From positions 1,482 to 65,481 of the forward strand of contig JARQZL010000016.1 in NCBI GenBank assembly GCA_029984855.1: DNA of 64,000 bases, given 5' to 3'. The notes under the pieces are model-generated. The model did not search any database. It saw only the letters and a program-made list of their open reading frames with translations, and had not been told where the DNA came from. This document shows, one piece after another, positions 28,905-37,826 of this stretch. The first letter of the stretch is position 1, and every line of letters begins with the position of its first letter. A program made the position numbers and the translations under genes. The DNA comes from Archaeoglobales archaeon. GTDB lineage: Archaea; Halobacteriota; Archaeoglobi; Archaeoglobales; Archaeoglobaceae.

Positions 28905-29336
28905 ATGTCAAGCAAGTTAGTAGAGATATTTGAGGATGCAGGACTTGTAAACAGGATTAAAAATAAACTACCGTATTTATTTCAGCCTGCAGAGTTAGAA
29001 ACCTCAAGAGCAGGAAAAATAGGGATGGAAGCAGGCTTTGCGTGAAAGAATAATTATCGCTTTGCTTATCTATAAATTCGGAGAGTCAAATGTTGAAACT
29101 AATATAATTGGGAAGGCACAGGAGGGTTTTATTACATCGTTAGAGGCTCAAAAGAAAATCTTTGATAGATTAGCAGAAATGGATATATTAAACTCCCCAA
29201 GCCAGGCACAAACCCGAGAGGTGTGGAAATAACTAAGGAAGCATTAACCAGTTTAGTTGAAGACGATTTATCCAGAGGTATTGAAATAAATTGGCGGAAA
29301 ACAGAAATTGATTATAATCCTTATAAAAATGGGTAG
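28905..29336 (+). pseudogene. Degraded restriction-endonuclease-like gene, readable only in three frames
   Basis: Segment 1 (28905-29045): MSSKLVEIFEDAGLVNRIKNKLPYLFQPAELETSRAGKIGMEAGFA*. Segment 2 (29038-29232): LRERIIIALLIYKFGESNVETN... Segment 3 (to 29336): EITKEALTSLVEDDLSRGIEINWRKTEIDYNPYKNG*. The family assignment is only a loose recollection. Confidence 0.4.
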
Positions 29337-29456
29337 ATTATTGGAGGGAGGATTAAAATGAAAAACCGGAGAAAAAGAGTCCTTAGTGACAGAGACCCGA
29401 AAAACTTAAATAGTTTATGAATATATATTCGTAAAGTGAGACATGGAAAATGGAGA

Positions 29457-29774
29457 ATGGCTGAGTATGGAAGAGGCAGAATGCGGAGAATACATGCTGG
29501 CTGGAGAAGAAAAAGGTCGAGATACCTCTGCACTACAGGCACAACAGTGTTGAAGTCAGCTCTCACAGGCATACTGCGTTCATTAAAATCGCATGAAAAT
29601 CGGAAGGTTGAGGAGATACTGGCGTTACTTCCTCAGCGTAACTGCGGGAGATGCGGTTATGAGTCATGTTACGACCTCGCAGTAGCAATTGCTGAAGGGA
29701 GGGAGAGACCAGATGCATGCAGAGTTGCTGGTAAGAGAATTGCGGGAGATATTGAAAAAATATTGAGGAGGTGA
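29457..29774 (+). CDS. Small protein with RnfB-N-type putative Fe-S cluster domain
   Basis: LLPQRNCGRCGYESCYDLAVAIAEGRERPDACRV, preceded by an Arg-rich N-terminus. The ATG at 29457 lies about 30 nt downstream of ATATATAT. The track starts at GTG 29436. Confidence 0.55.
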   Translation: MAEYGRGRMRRIHAGWRRKRSRYLCTTGTTVLKSALTGILRSLKSHENRKVEEILALLPQRNCGRCGYESCYDLAVAIAEGRERPDACRVAGKRIAGDIEKILRR

Positions 29775-29780
29775 GATTAG

Positions 29781-29996
29781 ATGCGTTATCCGGGTTTTGG
29801 GCCATGGAGTCATCTTCCTCCCTGGGAACGACCGGGCTGGAAGTCTGGAAGAGGTAGAGGCTGGTGCTGGTGGTATTACAGCACGTCCGGTGCTGGCAGG
29901 GAGGATGAGATAAAATTGCTCGAGGAGGAAGCTTCGTATCTCGAAGAGAGACTTGAAGAGATACGGAGAAGGCTGAAAGAACTGAAACAAGACTAA
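29781..29996 (+). CDS. DUF5320-like small protein (Gly/Arg/Trp-rich N-terminus + coiled coil)
   Basis: 71 aa. GFGPWSHLPPWERPGWKSGRGRGWCWW, then EDEIKLLEEEASYLEERLEEIRRRLKELK. Strong GAGGAGGTGA precedes the ATG. Confidence 0.55.
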   Translation: MRYPGFGPWSHLPPWERPGWKSGRGRGWCWWYYSTSGAGREDEIKLLEEEASYLEERLEEIRRRLKELKQD

Positions 29997-30031
29997 CCAT
30001 CTATTTTAATTATGAGATTATAATTATGAGA

Positions 30032-30580
30032 TTATTCTCTGAGCACTCTCATAACGTCGTGCTTTGTGATAATACCGATTATCCGTCCATTCTCGGCAAC
30101 AAGGAGGGCCTGATTTGTCAGAAGCATTCTTGAGATGGACTCTATCCTCTCATCCGGAGATATCAGTGGGAATGGAGACTCCATACACTTCCTGACTTTC
30201 ATATTAGCATCCATTCCCCTTTCAAGCAGTACTCTCACAATCGAGCTTTCAGTTACGCTGCCCAGCACCCTTTCATTCTCGATTACTGGCATCTGGGATA
30301 TCCCGTGTTTCATCATAAGCTCTATCGCATGATTGAGCGGTGTATCTGGAGTTACGGACATTACAGGAGAGTACATTATACTTCTGGCGTTGACAGTCTT
30401 TCCCTCCATCTCTTCAAGAGCTTCAAATATCCTTCTAACTAAGGAGAGCTTGGGATCAATATTTCCGGATTCTATTCTTGCAATAAGCGGCTGGCTGACA
30501 CCTACAAGTTCTGCAAGCTTTTTCTGGGTCAATCCGAGGTTCTTTCTTCTCCTTTTCATCTCCTCTATTTCAAATAACAT
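30032..30580 (-). CDS. XRE-type HTH transcription regulator with tandem CBS domains
   Basis: 182 aa. LGLTQKKLAELVGVSQPLIARIESG, then two CBS repeats. Confidence 0.8.
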   Translation of the reverse strand: MLFEIEEMKRRRKNLGLTQKKLAELVGVSQPLIARIESGNIDPKLSLVRRIFEALEEMEGKTVNARSIMYSPVMSVTPDTPLNHAIELMMKHGISQMPVIENERVLGSVTESSIVRVLLERGMDANMKVRKCMESPFPLISPDERIESISRMLLTNQALLVAENGRIIGIITKHDVMRVLRE

Positions 30581-30789
30581 TTACTGTTATTCTTGCTGTA
30601 AAGTATATAGCACTTACGTATATCTGAAGGTCTATTATCGGATTATAGTCTTTTCAATCTCGCCGCTCACCTGCTACAGTTTGATGAGTATTGATAAGGT
30701 TATTTTGTATACACTTAATATTATATTTTAACATATTTTTATCACTCCTGCACAATAAGTTTTTTAACTGCTTTCAGCATGCAGGTTAA

Positions 30790-31761
30790 ATGCTGCCCGA
30801 GCTGATTGCAGGAATTTTTACAGTATTCATAGCTGCTTTGCTCTTTGTAAATGCAATAGAATATCTGGGCTGCAGATTCAGGCTTGGCAGTTCTTTTGTT
30901 GGGGCAATTCTCTCCCCTCTTCACGTCCCTTCCAGAACTCACAGTTTTTTTAGTTGCCATACTTTCTGGACTTGACAGCGGTGAGGAGATAGGAATAGGA
31001 ACCATACTTGGCCAGCCATTCATGGCATCAAGCCTGTCATATGGTCTTGTTGGATTTTCAGCTTTTTTCGGGCATGTTCTCGGAAAAAGAAAGAGTTATC
31101 TTGAGGTGGACAGGTCTCTTATTCTTCCTTATATTCTTATTACTGTCTTTTTTCCTCTGCCAGCCCTTCCAGCCGTTATTGGATTCAGGCACGTCTTTGG
31201 ATTTGTGTTTCTTGCCATATTTGCGTTGTATATATGGACGATGTATGAGAGGAGACAGGCAGATATGATAGGCCATGCAGAGCTACCGTACTTCTGCAGA
31301 GTTCTTTCTCGCTCTCACAGAGTAATGGCGTCTGTCCAGCTGGCGTTTTCTGTCGCCCTTCTGTACTATGGGTCTGAGGGGCTTGTATCTGCCGTGGATT
31401 TAGTGGCAAGAGAGCTGGGGTTGAGCCCTTTTGGTGTTGCGCTGATCGTTATTCCTGCTGCAACAGCAATTCCAGAAACAGCAAGTGCTCTTATCTGGGG
31501 CTACAGGGGACGGGATACACTCAGTCTGGGCTCTCTCGTTGGGGAGAAGGTTCTGTACTCTACTTTCTATCCGGGGCTTGCGATGCTTGTTACTTCATGA
31601 GGCTTGACATTCATGCGTATATGAGTATCTCTACAACAGTGTTCATCTCCTTTATTCTGCTCTACTTCATATCAAAGGAGAGGATACCCTGGTACTGTCT
31701 CTGTACGGGCTCTCTCTTTTTTATATTTTATACTGTTCTAATTTTTGTCTACTATATTTGA
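30790..31761 (+). pseudogene. CaCA-family (Na+/Ca2+ exchanger-type) membrane protein split over frames 1-2-1
   Basis: The N-terminal TM helix is in frame 1 (30790-30975). The core with alpha-repeat FTSLPELTVFLVA and IPETASALIWG is in frame 2 (30884-31600). The last TM helix MRLDIHAYMSISTTVFISFILLYF... is back in frame 1 (31597-31761). The first shift lies in the CTCTCCCCTCTTC run. Confidence 0.7.
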
Positions 31762-31894
31762 TTATATTGATCATAATAGAATATATCTTAGCGTATATCT
31801 CTCCGTAGTTCATCGGATGCCTGATGAGATTGCACGATGAGAAATTCACCGCAATTTTTATTTAGAATTTTAAAGTGTAGGCTTTGATTTAACA

Positions 31895-32872
31895 ATGGAT
31901 GGTGGAAAAGCAGGTAAGAATGAGCTGAGATTTCTGAACAAGCTGTTCGGGTTAGCGATGATTGTAACCCCCGGAATCGCAGCATGTCTGATAAGCCAGT
32001 TATATCCCGGAATGGATGCTCTATTTCTTGCCCTGATATTTGGGGTAACGCTGGGAAGCTTTTTGAACAGGAAGATTGTAAGGGATATGGCGGAAAAATC
32101 CCTTGCTATAACACTCCCGCTCGGAATAGTTCTATACGGTGCAAAAATCAAAATCCCCCTCCCTGCTGACTTCCCCACGTGGGTTATACTTCTGACGATT
32201 TTTTCAGCCCTGCTTCTTGGTACTGCTGTTCTTATATTTGCGAAAATCTTCAGAGTGAGCAAAAAGCTCTCTGTACTTCTGGCATGTGGCACTGCATTAT
32301 GTGGAGTGTCCGCCATAACTATAGTCTCATCAATGGTTAGACCGAAGAAAGAGGAGTTTTCTGCAGCCATTATTGTGATAACTGTTGTCGGGCTGACGGG
32401 AGCCATACTCTATCCTTTTCTTGGATGCCATCTGGGGATGTCGCCGGAGAAATATGCAATTCTCTGTGGAGCCACACTCCATCAAACAGGCTTGGTGGAA
32501 ATAGCCTCGATACCGTTTGGAAATGATATCCTGCAGAACAGTCTGGCAGTGAAGGGCATACGCATTGCGCTGATTTCAATTGCCTCTCTTCTGATCTCCT
32601 TTGCCTATTCTGAGAACAGGTTTTACGTTCCATGGTATATTGTTGCATTTCTTATCGTAGCATTCCTTTCCAGCTTCATACTGAGCCCGGAAATCGTGAA
32701 TTTTGTAAAGCCATTCTCTACACTGGCTTTCTCAATTACGCTCGCCTCCATCGGCCTCTCGGTCAACATCAGGGACATCCAGAAAGTCCATCTCAGCCCT
32801 CTGATAGCTGCCTATGGTGGATGGTTTGTCTCGCTGGTCTTGTTCATACTGATTATGGAGTGGAAACCATGA
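31895..32872 (+). CDS. YeiH/UPF0324 family (putative sulfate-exporter family) membrane transporter
   Basis: 325 aa, polytopic. ACGTALCGVSAITIVSSMVRPKKEE is the family signature region. Confidence 0.75.
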   Translation: MDGGKAGKNELRFLNKLFGLAMIVTPGIAACLISQLYPGMDALFLALIFGVTLGSFLNRKIVRDMAEKSLAITLPLGIVLYGAKIKIPLPADFPTWVILLTIFSALLLGTAVLIFAKIFRVSKKLSVLLACGTALCGVSAITIVSSMVRPKKEEFSAAIIVITVVGLTGAILYPFLGCHLGMSPEKYAILCGATLHQTGLVEIASIPFGNDILQNSLAVKGIRIALISIASLLISFAYSENRFYVPWYIVAFLIVAFLSSFILSPEIVNFVKPFSTLAFSITLASIGLSVNIRDIQKVHLSPLIAAYGGWFVSLVLFILIMEWKP

Positions 32873-35079
32873 GAGTGCCTATCTTCCCCAAAATAGTTAT
32901 AATTTCCCTGTTTTTTTCAGTACTCTCTCTCATCTTCCACACGGTTACCTCAAATGCAGAACCCGGAATGGTTTTTGTATATCATATCTACATGTTTATG
33001 ATTATTCTTGGTATCTCTTTCTTTGTTGCCGGAAGTATAACAGAGCCCCTGGAGAGACTCAAAAAAGGATTTGAGAGCGTCATGGGAGGTGAAAGTGCCC
33101 GTATAGATGTGGAAACTGGAGACGAGCTTGAAGATCTCGCAAATTCCTTTAACTACATGGTTGAGGTTCTTACAAGCCAGAAGAATATGCTGAAGAGAAG
33201 CGAAGAGAAGTACAAGATGCTGGTAGAGGATATAAATGACTGGGTTTTTGAGCTGGATAACAACTTCGTTTATACTTACTCAAGTCCCAAAGTCCGGGAC
33301 ATAATCGGATACGAGCCTGAGGAGGTAGTGGGTAGAAGGATATTTGATTTTATGCCTGATGAAGAAAAAGCAAGGGCAGCAGAAGAGCTTGAGGGCATAA
33401 AAAGGGGTAAAATTCCGTTCTGTAATGTGGAAAATGTATTTATGCGAAAAGATGGCAGCAGGATTACGCTTGAAATCTGTGGCAGGCCTTTCTTTGATGA
33501 AGATGAAAATCTGAGAGGCTATAGAGCAGTTGGAAGAGACATAACATCGAGAAAGCGTGCTGAGGAGAAAATAGCATATTTGGCAAGCATCACAGAACAC
33601 ACTGTTGATGCCATAATCTCCCTTGATCCGGACAGTCGGATAGTATCGTGGAACAAGGGAGCAGAGATGATGTTTGGATACACAGAACAAGAGGTTATCG
33701 GTAAACCTCTGGTAACACTCATGCCGAAGGAGAACTGGGATGCGTGCAGAGAGAACTTCAAAAGAGCAGTTCTTGAGGGCTATGCAAGAGACATCGAGAC
33801 GGTGAGAATAACGAAAGACGGTAGAAGGGTTCTTGTGGATCAAACCCTGACGACGATTTACGATACAGATGGGGAGCACATAGGGTTTGTTGCGATAATG
33901 AGAGACGTCAGCAAGCGTAAAGACGCTGAAGAAAAATTGAAAAAAGCTTACAGGCAGCTTGAGGAAAAAACACAGGAATTGCTGAAGTCTCAAAAGCAAC
34001 TCAGGCACCTTGCAAATATCGTCGAAAACTCAAACGATGCTATATACTCTGTGGATCTTGAAGGCATTATTACAAGCTGGAATAAAACTGCAGAGAAGCT
34101 ATTCGGCTGGACAAGGGAGGAGGCATTGGGTATGTCTGCAGACATTCTTCTGCCGGATGAAATTAAAAACGAAATTCCATTTTTGATTCAGAAAGTAAAA
34201 AAAGGAGTCAGGTTCATTTCGTATGAAACAAGAAGATTAACAAAAGATGGCGGGATAATTGATGTTGATGTGACTGTATCTCCGATAATGGATGAAGATG
34301 GCAAACCTGCAGGTTTCTCGGTAATTGCAAGGGACATAACTTCAAAGGTCAGAACAGAGGAGAAAATACTGAAGAGAATTTTGAAATACGATATTGATAA
34401 GGGAAAGGTTTACTTGGTCGAGAAGCTTGACCTGGCCGTGGATGTCTTCAATGATCTGGTAAAGTGCGGTTATGTGGGAACTGTTATCACAAGGAAGTTT
34501 CCGGACGAAATCAACGTGCAATCAGAGCATCTCTGGCTTTGTGAAAAGAAAAGCAAGAACACTCTTTTACCGAGTATTCTGCAGGTTGAAACAGCTGTTA
34601 TGAACCTGCCCAACTGGAACAACGTAGTTCTCCTTGAACTGGATTATCTCATTCTAAAGAATGGATTCGAGAGCACTTTTGAATTCATCCAGAGATTGAA
34701 AGATGCATTCTATCTTTTGAAGAAGGGAGTTGTCCTCCTCTTAGCTGATCCAGAGGTTATGGATGAAAAAGAGTTGAAGCTTTTGAGAAAGGAGTGCAGC
34801 AGGATCAGACCAAAACCAAGACACCATGATCTGCCGCCCAGATGCTATGAACTTCTGAGATATGTTTATATGGAGAACAGGATGGGCAGGAAAATATCGT
34901 TTAAAGAGATTATGGGCCACTTTAGTATTGCAAGAAATACTGCAAAGAAGTACGTCAGATATCTTGAAGGCAGGGGTTTGATGAAGGTTATAAAGGATGG
35001 ACGTCTCAAGCTGGTAGAGGTAACCGAGAAAGGTAAAGAGCTGTTCTATACGCCAGATAGCTCACTCAGGTCTGACTGA
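32869..35079 (+). CDS. Membrane sensor: 2 TM + HAMP + three PAS domains + DUF835 + C-terminal winged-helix DNA-binding domain
   Basis: The ATG at 32869 overlaps the upstream stop (ATGA). The track ORF start at 32632 is an upstream read-through. HAMP: PLERLKKGFESV...LANSFNYMV. PAS cores: DWVFELD, DAIISLD, DAIYSVD. DUF835-like: KVYLVEK...GTVITRKFPDEI...LWLCEKK...LLELDYLILKNGFE. wHTH: ARNTAKKYVRYLEGRGLMKV. Confidence 0.8.
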   Translation: MRVPIFPKIVIISLFFSVLSLIFHTVTSNAEPGMVFVYHIYMFMIILGISFFVAGSITEPLERLKKGFESVMGGESARIDVETGDELEDLANSFNYMVEVLTSQKNMLKRSEEKYKMLVEDINDWVFELDNNFVYTYSSPKVRDIIGYEPEEVVGRRIFDFMPDEEKARAAEELEGIKRGKIPFCNVENVFMRKDGSRITLEICGRPFFDEDENLRGYRAVGRDITSRKRAEEKIAYLASITEHTVDAIISLDPDSRIVSWNKGAEMMFGYTEQEVIGKPLVTLMPKENWDACRENFKRAVLEGYARDIETVRITKDGRRVLVDQTLTTIYDTDGEHIGFVAIMRDVSKRKDAEEKLKKAYRQLEEKTQELLKSQKQLRHLANIVENSNDAIYSVDLEGIITSWNKTAEKLFGWTREEALGMSADILLPDEIKNEIPFLIQKVKKGVRFISYETRRLTKDGGIIDVDVTVSPIMDEDGKPAGFSVIARDITSKVRTEEKILKRILKYDIDKGKVYLVEKLDLAVDVFNDLVKCGYVGTVITRKFPDEINVQSEHLWLCEKKSKNTLLPSILQVETAVMNLPNWNNVVLLELDYLILKNGFESTFEFIQRLKDAFYLLKKGVVLLLADPEVMDEKELKLLRKECSRIRPKPRHHDLPPRCYELLRYVYMENRMGRKISFKEIMGHFSIARNTAKKYVRYLEGRGLMKVIKDGRLKLVEVTEKGKELFYTPDSSLRSD

Positions 35080-35168
35080 CACTTTTTGATACAATTCCTG
35101 ACAATATCGATAAGTGTTCTGTCATCGACACAGGAGTTTCTGTAAGCAGTCTGTAGAGAGGTGATAGA

Positions 35169-36632
35169 GTGTCAGATAGCGAGCAGGTGGAGGTTGTAAG
35201 AGGCGTAAGGTCTCTATGGAAGACAGAGGACTGGTGGGCCGTGTGGATGGCTTTCTTTGTGATAATTCTGGCAGCAGTGCTGTACTACAACGGCATGACA
35301 CTGAAACCACTTGCAGTGTATCCACCGAAGTGGAGCTTCACTCCTGCAGGATGGGCAAAGCTCGGAGAGCACTTTGCAATGCATGGGACATGGTACCTTG
35401 CAAATTTTGTGTTCTGGCTGGTTATGTTCACAGTGAGCAGCGGAATCCTTGGATTCAAGGCTAGCGAATTTGTTCCATCGTTTATATTTGTATATGTATT
35501 CTCAGTGCTTATAGCGATATTCTCGGCAAACGAAACTGCACACCACTACAACTTAGAGGCACCACTGTTTGCGCTAATAGTCGGGCTTGTAATAAGCAAC
35601 ATAGTAAGACTGCCGAAATGGATGGATGCCGGTTTCAGAGTAGAATACTATATCAAGACGGGTATAGTCCTGCTTGGAGCAACGCTACCGTTTATGCTAA
35701 TAGTATATGCTGGCCCAGTAGCTTTCTTTCAGGCTACAGTAATAGCGGTATCAACGTTTCTGACCATATACTTCGTTGGAAGCAGAGTGCTGAACATGGA
35801 CAGGCGTTTTGCCTCTGTTCTGGGAGCAGGAGGAGCAGTTTGTGGAGTTTCAGCAGCAATAGCAATGGCTGCAGCAGTAAGAGCGAAGAAAGAGCATGCA
35901 GCAATGGGCATAACATGTGTTATTGTCTGGGCAATAGTAATGATATTTGCAATACCTCTGATAAGCAGAGCCCTCGTTCTCCACCCGGGCGTTGCTGGAG
36001 CTTGGGTAGGAACATCTGAGTTCGCTGACGCTGCAGGATTTGCAGCAGCCTCTGCATATGGCAGTATTTTTGCGCATATACCACCAGATACCATGGTATT
36101 TGGAATGCACCAGACTGTAGGGCAGGCAATAGCGCAGGCGAAAGCTCTGGGAGTGGATGTCGATGACATTGCAGTCCGTACGTTTACGCTGATGAAGGTC
36201 ATAGGCAGGGACATCTGGATCGGTCTCTGGGCATTCGTCATGGCCATTGTGGCAACGACGAAATGGGAAGTCGAAGAAACTGGGAAAAAGCCTTCAGCAA
36301 AGGAAATCTGGTGGAGATTTCCCAAGTTCGTTCTCGGATTTTTCGCAGCTTCGGTTTTTATAACGGCATGCACAGCAGGGGTACCTCTTACGGAGTACGT
36401 GAGCCACATGAAACCTCTGATGGTGGGCCCGATAAAAACAATGAGGACATGGACATTTATATTCACGTTCTTAAGCATTGGCCTGACTACGAGGTTCAGA
36501 GAGCTTGCTGCCACAGGTAAGAAGCCGTGGATAGCCTTCTCATCAGGAGCAATAGTGAACGTCATACTCGGTGCACTGATGTCAATATTCGTACTCGGCG
36601 CATACTGGGCAACCACTGGCTGGGGAGGTTAA
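35169..36632 (+). CDS. Second, longer YeiH/UPF0324-family membrane transporter
   Basis: 487 aa with a GTG start. GAGGAVCGVSAAIAMAAAVRAKKEH parallels the signature in 31895-32872. Confidence 0.7.
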   Translation: MSDSEQVEVVRGVRSLWKTEDWWAVWMAFFVIILAAVLYYNGMTLKPLAVYPPKWSFTPAGWAKLGEHFAMHGTWYLANFVFWLVMFTVSSGILGFKASEFVPSFIFVYVFSVLIAIFSANETAHHYNLEAPLFALIVGLVISNIVRLPKWMDAGFRVEYYIKTGIVLLGATLPFMLIVYAGPVAFFQATVIAVSTFLTIYFVGSRVLNMDRRFASVLGAGGAVCGVSAAIAMAAAVRAKKEHAAMGITCVIVWAIVMIFAIPLISRALVLHPGVAGAWVGTSEFADAAGFAAASAYGSIFAHIPPDTMVFGMHQTVGQAIAQAKALGVDVDDIAVRTFTLMKVIGRDIWIGLWAFVMAIVATTKWEVEETGKKPSAKEIWWRFPKFVLGFFAASVFITACTAGVPLTEYVSHMKPLMVGPIKTMRTWTFIFTFLSIGLTTRFRELAATGKKPWIAFSSGAIVNVILGALMSIFVLGAYWATTGWGG

Positions 36633-36680
36633 TCAAAGCTGAAACTAATCTTTGTTATTTTTTATTTTTTAAGTGGTTGC

Positions 36681-37625
36681 ATGAAGGAGTACTGGGCTTT
36701 CAGAATTGGAAAAGAAGCTGGAGAAGTAAATGCGTCTTTTGATGAGGACTATCTTGTTGTAAGCTCGGGCAGTGAGCTGTACTGTCTGGATGTGAATGGG
36801 CTTCTGTGGAAACGGAGGATGACAACGACATTCTACAGAGATCCGTTCTCCGATGTGCGGATAACGGCACTGGATACGGAGAATTCGATAATCGCAGCAG
36901 GTACAAATTTTATGGATGGAAAGATGTATCTGCTCACAAAAACCGGTAGATTACTCTGGGAGCACCAGTTTGCCACAATTGCAAGCTTGGGGTGGAGACC
37001 TGAAGACGTTACGGCCATAGGCTTGGGTGATAACTGTGTGGCTGCTGGAACCGAGTTCATCGGCGAATATGTCTACATCTACACGCTCGAGAGAAAAAGG
37101 CTCTTTCAGAAGAGAGTGGAGGGTACAGTGAGAGGTATAGCCATTAACGGGAAAATCGTGGTTGGAACTGACAGGAGGCTCTACGTATACAACCGGAACG
37201 GGAAGGAGGAGCTCAGCATTCCTGCGCAGAGCATGCACGTGAAAATTTTGAACAACAAGATAGTGGCTGCAAAAAGTGACGGGCTTGTGATATACGGCAG
37301 GGACAGAGTATTGGAAAAATCCATTAAAGAACCTATCTTTTCATCTGTCGGGGACAACATCGCTTTTGCCTGTGGAAACGAGGTCTGCCTGATGACTGAT
37401 GAGGGAGGGGAAATCTGGAGCAGAAGCCTGGACAGTGTTGTTAAACTATTATACTGCTCAGATGACAAAATTTATGCCGTTGTGGATGATGGGGTTATAG
37501 TCCTGTCAGGAGATGGAAGACTCATCGAGAGAGTTGAATTTGACGGTAACCCGGTGAGTATGGGTAGAATAGGCATTCTTGTGCATGAATGTAACGTGCT
37601 CAGACTGTATCCGCTGCCCGGCTGA
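36681..37625 (+). CDS. PQQ-like/WD40-like beta-propeller repeat protein
   Basis: 314 aa with repeated short beta-strand blades (LYCLDVNGLLW, YLLTKTGRLLWE, YVYNRNGKEE, ...). Confidence 0.5.
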   Translation: MKEYWAFRIGKEAGEVNASFDEDYLVVSSGSELYCLDVNGLLWKRRMTTTFYRDPFSDVRITALDTENSIIAAGTNFMDGKMYLLTKTGRLLWEHQFATIASLGWRPEDVTAIGLGDNCVAAGTEFIGEYVYIYTLERKRLFQKRVEGTVRGIAINGKIVVGTDRRLYVYNRNGKEELSIPAQSMHVKILNNKIVAAKSDGLVIYGRDRVLEKSIKEPIFSSVGDNIAFACGNEVCLMTDEGGEIWSRSLDSVVKLLYCSDDKIYAVVDDGVIVLSGDGRLIERVEFDGNPVSMGRIGILVHECNVLRLYPLPG

Positions 37626-37684
37626 AATTGGCTGAGTTAATCAGGAATAAAGTTTAAAAATGCATCTTGCAAGCTAATATAGCA

Positions 37685-37768
37685 GCCGGGGTTGCAGAGC
37701 CAGGCTACTGCGGGAGACTCGAGATCTCCTGCTCGCTGAGCGCGTGGGTTCAAATCCCACCCCCGGCG
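37685..37768 (+). tRNA. tRNA-Ser (anticodon CGA), class II with long variable arm, no encoded CCA
   Basis: Hand fold: acceptor GCCGGGG/CCCCGGC, D stem GCAG/CTGC, anticodon stem GGAGA/TCTCC with loop CTCGAGA, variable stem GCTC/GAGC, T arm GTGGG-TTCAAAT-CCCAC, discriminator G. Confidence 0.9.
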
Positions 37769-37773
37769 TTTTT
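37769..37773 (+). terminator. T5 run immediately after the tRNA (archaeal oligo-T terminator)
   Basis: TTTTT directly follows the discriminator base. Confidence 0.4.
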
Positions 37774-37826
37774 ATAAAGGTTAAGAGGCACACTCTGTAA
37801 GTTTCACTCCAGCAGCAGCGCAAGCT

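Noticed and set aside
32632-32868. Upstream 79-codon extension of the PAS-sensor ORF given in the ORF track
   Set aside because: It overlaps the 3' end of the YeiH-type gene in another frame. The ATG at 32869 forms an ATGA overlap with that gene's stop and is followed by the expected TM helix.
35729-36616. 295-aa minus-strand ORF opposite the second YeiH-type gene
   Set aside because: GC-rich membrane-protein genes commonly give long antisense ORFs. The plus-strand product has the family signature.
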